From Spirochaetia bacterium (lineage in GTDB: Bacteria; Spirochaetota; Spirochaetia; SZUA-6; Bin103): 64,000 nucleotides of DNA. Every line of letters starts with the position of its first letter. Within the stretch, counting starts at the first letter, position 1. Made by a program: the position numbers and the translations under genes. Below the pieces are notes generated by a model, which searched no databases, had not been told where the DNA came from, and worked only from the letters and a program-made list of their open reading frames with translations. Shown here piece by piece: positions 39,469-50,100 of the stretch. The stretch is from the NCBI GenBank assembly GCA_965203905.1, contig CBDBDQ010000005.1:7136001-7200000 (forward strand), written 5' to 3'.

Positions 39469-41979
39469 TCACCATCTCCGTGAGGTGCGGATCCCGCGGC
39501 CGGCGATGAAGTCCCGGTAACGGGAGAAGGCGGCGTCGACCTGCTCCGGAGTCAGGTCGAAGTCCTCCAGGTGGTAGCGGTGCCGTACCTCGTGCCGGCG
39601 CTGCTCCGCCTGCCGCGCCTGCCACGCTTCCATGGTGGCGAGGGCGTCCGGCTCCAGCGTCCAGCCGAAGTGCTCGTAAATGGCGCGCACCGTGGCCCAC
39701 GGGTTGTCCACCAGGTCGACGTAGCTCACGTCGCACCAGCGCTGCTGCAACTCGGGATGAGCCTCCCGGAAAGCCACGGCTCGATCGAGCATGGTGCTCA
39801 TGTCAGCGAGCTGCTCGGCTCCAAGGACGCCGCGCGGAGTCGGTTCGGTGGTGCGAGTGCGGAGCTGCTCGATCAGGCTCACCCACGAGCCCGTGAACTC
39901 CCGAGGCTCGCGGTGGGTCTGGATGAAACACGCGTCCGGGTAAGCGCCCATCAGCGCCTCCAGCTCCATCAGATGGACGGGCGCCTTCAACAGCCACTGC
40001 GCCTCCTGCCCGGGTTGCTGCATACGCCGCTGCCAAGTGAAGTGCTGCAGGGCACGGCGGTGGTAGCCGTAGGCGCGCTGCGAACCGGCCGTGGCGAGCC
40101 ATCGTCCATACTCAGGCACCAGATAGATGTTGGTGTTGGACCAGGATCGGAAGGTATGCCGCAGGAGGGGGAGATCCTCCTCGGGCTCGTCGACGGCGAT
40201 GTGATGCGCGCCCGCGAACGATTCGAAGAAACCCGCGGCCACGAACACGTCCAGCAGCCGCGCACGGCGGATGTCGGCATCGGTCCAGGCCCTGGCGTAA
40301 TCGCCGTCCGGCACCACCGGTTCCGCCAACTCGTAGCTGCGCAGGGTCCAGAAGCGCGGATCGCGCGCCAGCAGGCGGTGCAGGAACGTGGTCCCCGTGC
40401 GGTTGATGCCGACGATGAACACCGGTCGCACGATCTCCTCGCGTTCGATCTCCGGGTGCCGCAATCGCTCGCCGGTGAGTGCTGCATTGTTGCGCAGGCT
40501 GGCGCTCAGATCGGAGACGACGACGGCGCGCTTGGCCTTCAGCAGGCGCGCCTCCGGCGCCCGCAGAGCCGCCACGAGGTGGGCAAGTCCGTCGCGTATC
40601 CAGTCGGGATAGGTCTCGGCGTACGGGGCTCCGAAGCGGTGCGCGTAGCGCTCGGCCCGCGTGAGCAGGCGGTCGTAGTCGATGCGTGGCTGCGGCAGGG
40701 AAAAGGGCCACTGCTGCCGATGCTCCCTGATCCAGTCGTTGGTGCGCCGGAACATGGTCAGGATCCCCGGCCACTCGATCGGAAACGGACAGTCCGCGTG
40801 CAGGGCGTGGTCGCTGACCGGCAGGTTGGTCAGCGCCTTGCTCGCACTGAACCAGTAGGGCGCGAACTTCTCGAACAGCGCCAGGTAGCCGTGCAGCGGC
40901 GAGTCCTCGCCGCGCGCCTGGCAGGCGCGCTTGAAGGTATCGTACGGAACCTCGCGCAGATAGAGACCGAAGTCGGCCAGCTCCAGGTCGTGAGGGACCG
41001 GATTGGCGTTGCAGCAGTGATACAGGGCGAATTGCCGCCTGGGATTGGAGGCGATCGCGGTACAGATCCGGCTGAGGGTGTCGACGGTGTGGTTCTGCCG
41101 CTGAAACGAAAAGCCGTCCGGAATCAAATTCACGTCGGCAACCGCGGCGTACACCCGCACGGAGGTATCGCCGGGCTGGGTGTACCCGGTGGTGGAGCGG
41201 CTGGTCAGCGGCAAGCGAAAGACCGCCGCCGGCAGACCGGCCTGATGCGCGAACAGCACGCTCTGCTCGGCGACCAGCTTGCTCCACGAGTAGCCGCCGA
41301 GGGAGAGCGGGAACATGCGCTTCATCTCAGCGAGGTCGGGCTGTCCCTGATGCTCGATGCCGCGACCGGCGAACTCGTTGGCGAAGTCGCAGAAGTACTG
41401 CGGAAACACCCCCATGGTGGAGGCGTGGAACAGGTGCTTGCGGCGGGTGTGCAGGCACAGGTCCAGTACGTTGCGCATGCTGAACGCGTTGGTCCTGCGG
41501 ATGGCGCTATAGGAGGTCGAGAGGCTCACTTCGGCCGCGAAGTGATAGACCGCGTCGATGCGCCGGGCCAGGTCGTCGAAGCGGTCCGGGCCGAGACCGA
41601 AGCGCGTCTCGCACAGGTCGCCCTCCACGACGCGGATGCGGGCCGCGTACGCCTCGTCCCAGATCTCCGCCGCCTCCATGGCGACGCGCAGGCGCTGCAG
41701 TCCGTGCTCGCCGTCTGTGACCCGCACCAGGCAGTGCACCACCAGGTCGCCGTCCAGGCGCAGCAGGTCGCGCAGCACGAATCGGCCCACGAACCCGGTC
41801 GCCCCCGTCAGCAGCACCTCCCGCACCTCCGTGACCGGCACCGCGGGCGCCTGATTGCCATCGCCGATGGCGCGGCGAACGAACGCCCGCAGGCTGTCCA
41901 GGTCGCGTTGGCACTGCGGCGGCAGCGCGCCGCGCAGCGGCGCTACTCTCCTGTCGGCCGCGGTTGTCGCGTACTGCAC
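39469..41979 (-). CDS. swfB: Thioester reductase-sulfotransferase didomain protein (SwfB-like)
   Basis: N-terminal R domain (TGATGFVG, VYHFAA, YSWSK) and C-terminal sulfotransferase (FIVGINRTGTTFLH, WLLKAPVH, THREP). Confidence 0.85.
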   Translation of the reverse strand: MQYATTAADRRVAPLRGALPPQCQRDLDSLRAFVRRAIGDGNQAPAVPVTEVREVLLTGATGFVGRFVLRDLLRLDGDLVVHCLVRVTDGEHGLQRLRVAMEAAEIWDEAYAARIRVVEGDLCETRFGLGPDRFDDLARRIDAVYHFAAEVSLSTSYSAIRRTNAFSMRNVLDLCLHTRRKHLFHASTMGVFPQYFCDFANEFAGRGIEHQGQPDLAEMKRMFPLSLGGYSWSKLVAEQSVLFAHQAGLPAAVFRLPLTSRSTTGYTQPGDTSVRVYAAVADVNLIPDGFSFQRQNHTVDTLSRICTAIASNPRRQFALYHCCNANPVPHDLELADFGLYLREVPYDTFKRACQARGEDSPLHGYLALFEKFAPYWFSASKALTNLPVSDHALHADCPFPIEWPGILTMFRRTNDWIREHRQQWPFSLPQPRIDYDRLLTRAERYAHRFGAPYAETYPDWIRDGLAHLVAALRAPEARLLKAKRAVVVSDLSASLRNNAALTGERLRHPEIEREEIVRPVFIVGINRTGTTFLHRLLARDPRFWTLRSYELAEPVVPDGDYARAWTDADIRRARLLDVFVAAGFFESFAGAHHIAVDEPEEDLPLLRHTFRSWSNTNIYLVPEYGRWLATAGSQRAYGYHRRALQHFTWQRRMQQPGQEAQWLLKAPVHLMELEALMGAYPDACFIQTHREPREFTGSWVSLIEQLRTRTTEPTPRGVLGAEQLADMSTMLDRAVAFREAHPELQQRWCDVSYVDLVDNPWATVRAIYEHFGWTLEPDALATMEAWQARQAEQRRHEVRHRYHLEDFDLTPEQVDAAFSRYRDFIAGRGIRTSRRW

Positions 41980-42161
41980 GACGGGTTAGGTTTGGCCCCC
42001 TGTGGAACTCAGATCACTCTTGAGGAACTGAAGACCAAGAGCGAAATCGTGCACTAGCTCGCAACGAAAACCGCCAAGCTCGGTTACGACATTCTGGTCA
42101 TCGAAGTCCGAGTCTCTGCAAATGAAGTGGCTCTTCCGTTGGTGACATCCATGCAGATGCG

Positions 42162-43716
42162 GTAACTATTCAGCCTGGGTGGCGGGCGTGAGGCAAGGCG
42201 GGGTCGTCGGGTGGCCGTCAAAGACGTTCGTCAGGGCTTCCAGTACGTTCAGGCCGTTCTTGCGGATGGTGGAGATATAGGATCTGGCCCGGCAGAAGGC
42301 GACAGCTCCTGCGGCGCTCCGGAACGTCCCAGATATCTTCTGCTGCACTTTCATCATCCGTAGATCTCGTTCCGCCAGGTTGTTGTCGAACGGCACCCCA
42401 AAGTCATCCATGAACGCCAACACCTGGGGCCAGCGGCCGGCCAGCCGCAGCAGCAGGTTGCGCGCTTTGCTCTGCTTCTTGCGACCGCGTTTCTTGGCGC
42501 TGCCCGGAACCTCGGGGGGCGCCGGGTTGGCCTGCAGTCCGGCGTTGATGATGCGGTGGTAGGCGGCCACATAGCGCTCCCGTACCGACTCGGGGAGCTG
42601 GCGACGCTGCTCCTGGACTGCTGCCTCCACCGCGCCCTTGATCTCCACCAGCAACTCGATCAGGGTCGCTGCCCAGTCCTGCCCGTACTGTTCGTGGATG
42701 AAGGTCAGCTCCCGCAGATGATGGCCGTTACACAGTCCATGGTCGCAGGGGTAACCAAAGTAGCTCTGCCAGTTATCGTGCACCGCCGTGCCGCCAAACT
42801 CGGGCAAGATGCCGATCGCCGCGAACGCTTCCCGGCCCCGCTTGGCATGTCCCTCGTAGTAGGTCAACAACTCCGTGCTCGCCACGTGCAGCCAGTGCAA
42901 CTCGCCACCGATGCTCATCCCGGTCTCATCAAAACACACCACTGGCTGAGTTCTCAGGGCAGCACGGAGTTGCTCGTTGATCCCGCTCAAGCGCTCGCCG
43001 CAGCGCTCGTTGATGGTCACCAAGGTTCCCACGCTCACCGGGATCGAAAATAGATCCGCGAACAGCTCGGCCGTGCGCTGATACGGCAGCAACCCATAGT
43101 TGCGCAGATATGCCGCTACCGCTTGCAGCCGCGGGCCGTACTGCACCGGCTGCGTGACTGCGGCGGGGAACTCGGCGGCGTTGAGCTGGCCGCAGTCCGG
43201 GCAGCGCTTGCGCTCCGCTCGATGCTCGCTGACCGCCACCGGCAGCGGCGGCAGATCGAACACTTGGCGGCGCTCGTAGTCTGCCACTGGCTCACCGTAC
43301 AGTGAGCAGCCACACCGGCAACGCTCCACCGGGTGGATGGCAATCGTGTCCGGCTGCGCCACTTGGCGCAGTGTGGCGCCGGCATGCTCAGGCTGACCGC
43401 CCGCCCGCTTGGCGGTGGCGCGCTTGCGGCGTGATTGCTTGCGGTTCAGTTGCTTGCGTTGGAAGCTGTCGCGTGACGGTGGCTTGCCGCTGTCGTGACT
43501 GTCCTGCTTCAGTTCCTTGAGTTCCTGCTCCAGCGCCGTGATCCGTTGCTCCTGCTGCTCGATGATCCCTTCGATCAAGGCTAGCACTGCTTCCGGGCCG
43601 GCCGCGTAGACCTTGAGAATCTCCTCCCGCGTGATCTTGAAGCTGGTGCCCACTCTCTGGCCTTCGGCCGGGAGCGCAGATTCCTTGAGCCTTTTTTCGC
43701 GGGGCTGAATAGTTAC
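42162..43716 (-). mobile_element. Intact single-ORF IS66-family element (ISBst12-like), 1555 bp
   Basis: Perfect 14-bp terminal IRs GTAACTATTCAGCC (42162-42175 and 43703-43716). Perfect 8-bp TSD CAGATGCG (42154-42161 and 43717-43724). Confidence 0.95.
42166..43653 (-). CDS. IS66 transposase
   Basis: DSGKPPS, Zn-finger CRCG...CPDCG, FDETG, VHDNW, LCNGHHLREL, FDNNLAERDLRMMK. Start taken as the GTG inside the IS. Confidence 0.93.
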   Translation of the reverse strand: MGTSFKITREEILKVYAAGPEAVLALIEGIIEQQEQRITALEQELKELKQDSHDSGKPPSRDSFQRKQLNRKQSRRKRATAKRAGGQPEHAGATLRQVAQPDTIAIHPVERCRCGCSLYGEPVADYERRQVFDLPPLPVAVSEHRAERKRCPDCGQLNAAEFPAAVTQPVQYGPRLQAVAAYLRNYGLLPYQRTAELFADLFSIPVSVGTLVTINERCGERLSGINEQLRAALRTQPVVCFDETGMSIGGELHWLHVASTELLTYYEGHAKRGREAFAAIGILPEFGGTAVHDNWQSYFGYPCDHGLCNGHHLRELTFIHEQYGQDWAATLIELLVEIKGAVEAAVQEQRRQLPESVRERYVAAYHRIINAGLQANPAPPEVPGSAKKRGRKKQSKARNLLLRLAGRWPQVLAFMDDFGVPFDNNLAERDLRMMKVQQKISGTFRSAAGAVAFCRARSYISTIRKNGLNVLEALTNVFDGHPTTPPCLTPATQAE

Positions 43717-43741
43717 CAGATGCGAAACTATGACGTTCACA

Positions 43742-44101
43742 CTACCGCTTCGTACTCGATATGTCCGTCCCGGACCGCGGTGTCAAGTCCGGACTCGACG
43801 AGTAAATGCGCTTGGGACTTACGCCGGCACCCTCGAAATAAGGCGCGAATTCCGCTGTCGTGTCGGCTTTGTGAGTTGGCGGGACCGGGCCAAGCCTTGC
43901 CCCCGAATCCTTCCACATATACAGACGGTCAGGCGTTACCAACAGAAAGAAGTCGACACCGTCGGTTTCCCAGCGGGCAAGGATGTTCCGCCTTGTGAAC
44001 TTGGCCCACTCGATCGAGGTACGCGTCTTGCTCTTGATCTCTACGACGGCCGTCAACCGACCATGAGAATTAAAAAGAGCTAAATCGGCGCGGGCACTCA
44101 C
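43742..44101 (-). pseudogene. PD-(D/E)xK restriction-endonuclease-like protein, probably C-terminally damaged
   Basis: ADLALFNSHGRLTAVVEIKSK...FFLLVTPDRLYMW; lower GC than the flanking PKS genes. Confidence 0.5.
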
Positions 44102-44147
44102 TTGGCACTACCTCTTCGTAACGGGCGTTGGGCAGACGATGCTCCCA

Positions 44148-47100
44148 TCAAGATGGTTTGGTCAAGGAGTCCGCGGTCGCCGCGGCGCCGTTGGGGAAGT
44201 GGTCGGCAGGGGTGCTGCCGAAGACGGAGGGCACGCGGCGGGCGGGCGGTATCTCCGCCTCTGCCTGCTGGGCGCCGGCAGTCTCGGCGCCGGCTTCCTC
44301 GTCGTCGCCGCCCTGGTCCCCCAGCATGATCGCTTCGGCGAGCGACAGGCAGGTAGCGGTGGTCATCAGCTCCAGGGCGCTGACCTGGTAGTTGAACTGC
44401 ATGCGGATGAATGCTCCCAGCTCGGCGACCGAGATCGAGGTCAGACCGAAGCTGGACAGCGGCTCCTCGGGGCTGCCTTCGTCGTGGCCGCACAGCTCGG
44501 CCACCTTGGCAGCGATCTGCTCCACCACCGCCTCCTGAGTGAGCAGGCCGCCGGCGTCGACCGCGAACGCGTCCTGGTTGCTGAGGACCCGGCCGGTGCG
44601 CAGGTAGTCGGGCGAGTCCACGGTCCAGGGTGGACGCGAGAACAGGGCGGTAACCAAGTGGTCGCGGTCGCCCATGGCGCGCATGGCGTAGTCGAGGTTG
44701 GTGATGGCGAAGTCGGCACTGATCGGCGGCACGCCGCCGGCCCTGCTCATGCGCAGCACGTGCAGGTTGCGGGCCGCCATGCCCGCCTCGGCGACCGCGG
44801 CCAGGTTGTAGCTCAGCGCCGGCAGGCCCTGGCCCCGCCGCAGGGCGGCCAGGCCGTCGACGAATCCGTTGGCGGCGCTGTAGTTGATCTGGCCCGGGTT
44901 GCCGAGCGTCGAGGCGATCGACGAAAACAGCACGAAGTGGTCGAGGTCGCAGTCGGCGGTGGCGCGGTGCAGGTTGAGGGCGCCGCGCGCCTTGGGCGCG
45001 AACACCTTGGCCAACGACTCGGGAGTGAGATCGGCGAGCAGGCAGTCGTCCAGGGCGCCTGCCAGGTGGAACACCCCCTTCAACGGCCGCCCCAGTGTGG
45101 CGATGCAGCGCCGCACGTCTGTCTCCTCGGCGACGTCGCCGGCCACGATGTCAATCTCGATGTCGTCCGAGAGGTAGAACAGGGCACTGGTCTTGCGCAG
45201 CCAGTCGGCGCTGCGGCCGTGCTGCGGATTGCGGTCCAGCAGGGTGATGTGGCGCGCGCCGGCCGTTGCCAGGTAGGGCAGCAGCAGGCGGCCGAAGCCG
45301 CCGAACGCGCCGGTGACCAGGTAGGTTGCCTCGGAATCGAGGTAGGGGCGCAGATCGGCAACCGAGAGCGGATCGTGGCTGTCGTCGGCGGCGGCCGGCG
45401 GGGCCTGCAGGACCAGTTTGCCGGTGTGCTGGCCCGTGGTCATCAGGCGCAACGGCTCTTCGTAATCGCGGTAGGGGAAGGTGGTGATCGGCAGCGGCGG
45501 CACCGCGCCCTGCTCCAGCAGGTCCAGGCACTCCTGCGACAGCTCGCGCGTCAGGTACGGGTCGTCGTTCATCAGGCGGTCGACGTCTACGGCCGCAAAG
45601 CGCAGGTTCTTGCGGAACACGGAAAGGCTCAGCGCGTTGTCGGCGTAGATATCCACCTTGCCGATCTCGCAATGCCAGCCGCCGGGCCGTAGCGCCTCCA
45701 GGCACAGGGCGATGTGGCGCCCTGCCAGCGAGTTCAGCACCACGTCGACCCCTTCTCCGCCGGTCGCCGCCAAAAGCTCGTCGTACCAGTCGAGGCTGTG
45801 CGAATCGAAGGCCGCCTGGACCCCCAGCTCCCGGAGCTGCTCGCGCTTGCTCTCGCTGCCGGCGGTGGCGTAGATCTCTGCCCCGGCGTGCCTGGCCAGG
45901 GCGATCGCCGCCTGGCCGACGCCGCCCATGGCGGAGTGGACCAGCACCCGCTGGCCCTTGCGCAGCCGCGCCAGGTGGATCAGGGAGTAGTAGGCGGTGA
46001 CGTAGACCGACAGCACGGAGGCTGCGTGCTCCATGCTCAGCGCCTCGGGCTTGACGAACACCAGGTAGTCCTTGACCACTGCACGATTGGCGATGCAGCC
46101 GCCCTGGGTGAACACTACCGCGTCGCCGACGCGGCAGGTACGGACCGACTCCCCCGCGCGGCGCACGACACCACTGGCCTCCAACCCAACCGTTCGGCCG
46201 AGCGCGGAGCGCTCGAACGAGCTTGACGGCAACAGCCCCAGCGTTACCATCACGTCGCGAAAGTTGAGCGCCGCGGCAGCCACCTCGATCTCGACGTCGT
46301 GTGCTCCGAGGGGTGCAGGCTCGTAGCTCTTCATCTGCAGGCCGCCGATCTGCCCCGGGTTGTCCAGCGACAGCCGGTAGGCGGCATCCTCGCCAGCCGG
46401 GACGTGGGCAAACCGTTCGCGGAGGCTGACCAGCCGCGGCACCCAGAAGCGGTTGCCCCGTATTGCCAACTCGCGCTCCCGTAGGTCGCAGCCATCGAGC
46501 CGTGCCAGCGCATCCAGATCCTCGCGCGCGCCCAGGTCCACCAGGCGGAAGTCGATCCGCGCAGCCGTACCCGCATCCGCGGCCACCTCCTCGGTGATGG
46601 CGCGCAGCGCCCCCCACACGGCACTGGCACGCGGTTCGTTCACCTCGAAGACGGCTTGGCGCGTAACCACGGTCAGGCGGCACTGCGCCTGCGCCTGCGC
46701 CACCCGGTACGGTATCAGCGCCTTGACGAATGCGACCAGACGCCACGCCAGTTTCTCACCGGTGGGGTCGTCCGGGTGGTCACCGCACAGGAAGTCGATC
46801 GCCCGCAGGTCGGCGGCGTGCGGCCAGTCTGCCAACTCGGCGACGCGGTCGTCGGCCAGCTCCGCGTACGGTATGGCGGCTGCCGGACTCCCTACCTGCT
46901 CGAGCCGCGCCAACCACTCGTCCGCCAGGCTGCCCGGTTCGCCGATCACCCAGCGCGGGGCGGCGAGCTGCGGTGGCTCGGCGGCCTCGGGAGTAGCGAG
47001 CGGCGCCTGCAGGAGGGTAGCGCGGCGCCCGCAACGCACCGTGGACCAGCCGCCTGCATCCCAGCCGGAGCCTGGCTCGCTGGCGTCGCAGTTGCCGGAA

Positions 47101-50100
47101 TCCGCGGCCGCCGTGCCCCCGTCGTGGCAGACCAGCGCCAGGCCGCCGGGCACCGCCAGCCGGCGCAGCAGGCGCCACTGCTCCGGGCCGTACGCCGCTG
47201 CCTCGTCGTGCAGCAGCAGGATCTCGGCCGCATGCGGCCGCAGCAGGCCGGTGTTCAACTCCAGCGCTCGATCGGCGGCGGGGTCCAGGACAGCGAAACG
47301 CAGGGCGGCGTCGCGGTTGTGGTACGCGTCGTAGTGGGCGCGCACCAACTCGTCGGTGTTGCCCAGCAGCCAGTATTCGGTCTGGGCGGGCGCGCTGCCC
47401 AGGTAATCCAGGCACCGATTGACGATGGCCTGCTCGGGGGCACGCATGCCGGCGACCTCAATCACGTGGCAGGCGTATCGCTGCTCCAGGGCGGCGATCA
47501 GCGCCGCGGGATCGATCTCGTCCTCGTCGCCGCCGGCCAGGCGGGGCAGGAGTGAACGCGCCTCCGGGACGAACTTGGGCTGCCAGGAGACGGCGTGCTT
47601 GCTGTGCGGACGGTCGTTCCAACTCGGGTTGGAATTGAACGAAAGGTACGCGTCGATGGACAGCACCAACTCGCCGGTGGCACCGTCATATACCCGGATG
47701 CTGCCCCCGGAACGATCGCCGCGCCGCTCCGTGTACTGCCCCAGCTCGTTGACGTCGGCCCAGTCCGGCTCCTTCTCCACGTAGCAGGTGAGGCGCGGCC
47801 CGGTCGGCGGGCGCAGGAACGTCAGCCCCACGGCACGCCGCGGCATGCTGAAGATGTCGGTGGCGTGCAGCAGGTGGTAGAGGAAGATCTGCAAGGCCCC
47901 GTCGAGCAGCGCGGGGTTGACGACGTAGCCCTCCTCGCGGCCGTCCAACCAAAGCTGCTGGTCCATCTCGACGTCGAACAGGTAGTTGGCGGTGGAGTCC
48001 TCCCACAGCACGCGCTGGATGTTGCGGAAGTGGGGGCCGTACTGAAACGTCTCGCCGAGGCTGGCTTCGAGGCGTTCATAGAAATCGGTCTCGCCGACGT
48101 AGTAGTAGGGCTCGAAGCGGGAGCTGTCGATGTCCGCCAGCCGCTGCGGCCCGGTCACCGGGTGGTCATCGCTCACCAGCCGCAGCGTGCCGCGTGAGTG
48201 CAACTCGCTCTTGGCGTCCACGTCGTAGGCGCGGGACGAGATGGTGAACGTGTAATGGCCGGGCGCGCCGGTCACTGGGAACAGCTCGGTCTGCAGCCGC
48301 ACTGGAGTCCTCGGGATCGGGCACGGCTGCAGGAACTCGAGCGTCTCCACGTACAGCGGCGCGCCCCCGAACGCCTGCAGCAGCAGCTCGATATAACCGG
48401 CTGCCGGCATGATCGAGGCATGATGTACACGGTGCTCGGCCAGCCAGGGGAAGTCGCGTTCCGACAGCCGCCCCTCGAACAGCAGGTGGTCGCACGGCAC
48501 CCGGTGGCCGATCAGCGGGCCGTGGGCGTACTCGGCTGCCTGAAGGAACATCTCGTCGTCGCTCATCTCGTCGGCCGCGGTCTGCTCGGAACGCGGATAG
48601 CCGGGTAGCAGGTGGGCGACCGGCTCGGGCCGCGGATACTGCGCCGCGAAGTCCAGCTCCACGCCGGCACGGAACAGCGCGCCGAGCGCCTCGTGGAATC
48701 CGAGGCAGACGTCGATGTCGCGCCTCAGCGTGGGGATGCTGACCGCGCTCGATGCGTTGCTCTCCAGGCACTGGACGATCGAGGACTGCAGGGCGCTGTG
48801 TGGAGCGAGTTCAAGCACCACGTCGGGCCGGAAGTCGCGCACCGCAGTCTCCAGGGCGGTGGCGAAGCGTACCCGACGGCGGATGTTGGTCCACCAGTAG
48901 GCGTTGTCCAGCCGCTCAGTGCGCTTTCCGGTCACCGCGGAGACGAACGGCACCGCCGCGTCGAATTCGGCGTCGTTGAGGAAGGAGAGCGCTTCGTGGG
49001 CGTCCTCCTCGAGCTGATCCATGGCCGCCGAATGGAACGCGATGTTGCCAGGCAGCAGGCGGTGCTGCAGGTTGCGCCGTTCCAGTTCCTCCACCACCGG
49101 CCGCAGCGCCTCTTCCCTGCCGCAGATCACCGTGCTCGCCGGCGCGTTCTCGCAGGCGATCTCCACCGGCGGCGCGGCGCCGTTCTCGGCGCGAAACGGG
49201 ATTTCCAGCTCGTGGAGCAGCCGCTCCACGCCCGCCAGGTCGAGGCCGATCGGCAGCATCCGGCCGGAGCCGGCAGTGCGCTGCTGCAGGGTGGCGCGGT
49301 GGTACACCAGGCGCGTCGCCTCGGCCAGCGGCAGCGCCCCTGACGCGTACGCGGCGGCCACCTCGCCGGAGCTGTGGCCGACAACGCAGTCGGGATATAC
49401 GCCCCAGGTCTTGAACAGCTCGACCAGCGCGCACTGCAGCATGTAGGTAACCGGCTGCGCCAGCCGGCACTCGTTGAGCTCGGCCTGCGGTGCCTCGAAC
49501 GCGGCCGCCCGTAGCGAGGTGTCGGAGTGCTCGAGCCATTGCTCCTCGATGGCGTCGACGGCGCGGCGGAATACCGGGTGGGCGTCATACAGCGCACGCC
49601 CGCAGCCGGCCCACTGCGTGCCCTGGCCGGTGAACACCATCAGCAGCCGGCGCCGGCCCTCGTCCACGGTAGCCACCGGCTCCGAGTTCTCGACGAATGC
49701 GTCGAGCGCCTCTTTCAGTTGCTCGGTATCGTGGACGGCGAACGCCGCGCGCACCGCGAAGTGGGTGCGGCGGCGGCTGAGGTTGCCGGCCAGTGTGTAC
49801 AGGTCGGCGGGCGGCGCGTCGAGCGCCTGCTGCAGCCTGCGTGCGCTCTCCACCAGGGAGCCGCCAGTGCGCGCCGACAACGGAACCAGGTAGCCGGCAC
49901 GCGGCGCCAGCGGCAGCGACCAGATACGAGGCTGCTCGGGGCGATACTCGCGCACCACGCAGTGGCCGTTGGAGCCGCCGAAGCCGAACGAGTTGATGCC
50001 CACCACCACCGGATGGTCCGGGAACGGTTCGCACTCGGTCTGCACCTGCATGCCGAGACCGTCGAAGTCGATCTCCGGGTTGGGCACCAGGTGGTTCCTG

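Noticed and set aside
39571-42057. 828-aa plus-strand ORF and similar long ORFs opposite the PKS, P450, larC and CHAD genes
   Set aside because: Antisense shadows expected in high-GC coding DNA; the opposite strand carries clear domain motifs.
43654-43740. ORF-track N-terminal extension of the IS66 transposase
   Set aside because: It runs across the IS terminal IR into flanking DNA, so it is not part of the native transposase.
46020-46520. Apparent lower-GC codon patch in the PKS ER region as a recombination tract
   Set aside because: Visual impression only; it needs a computed GC3 profile and homolog alignment.
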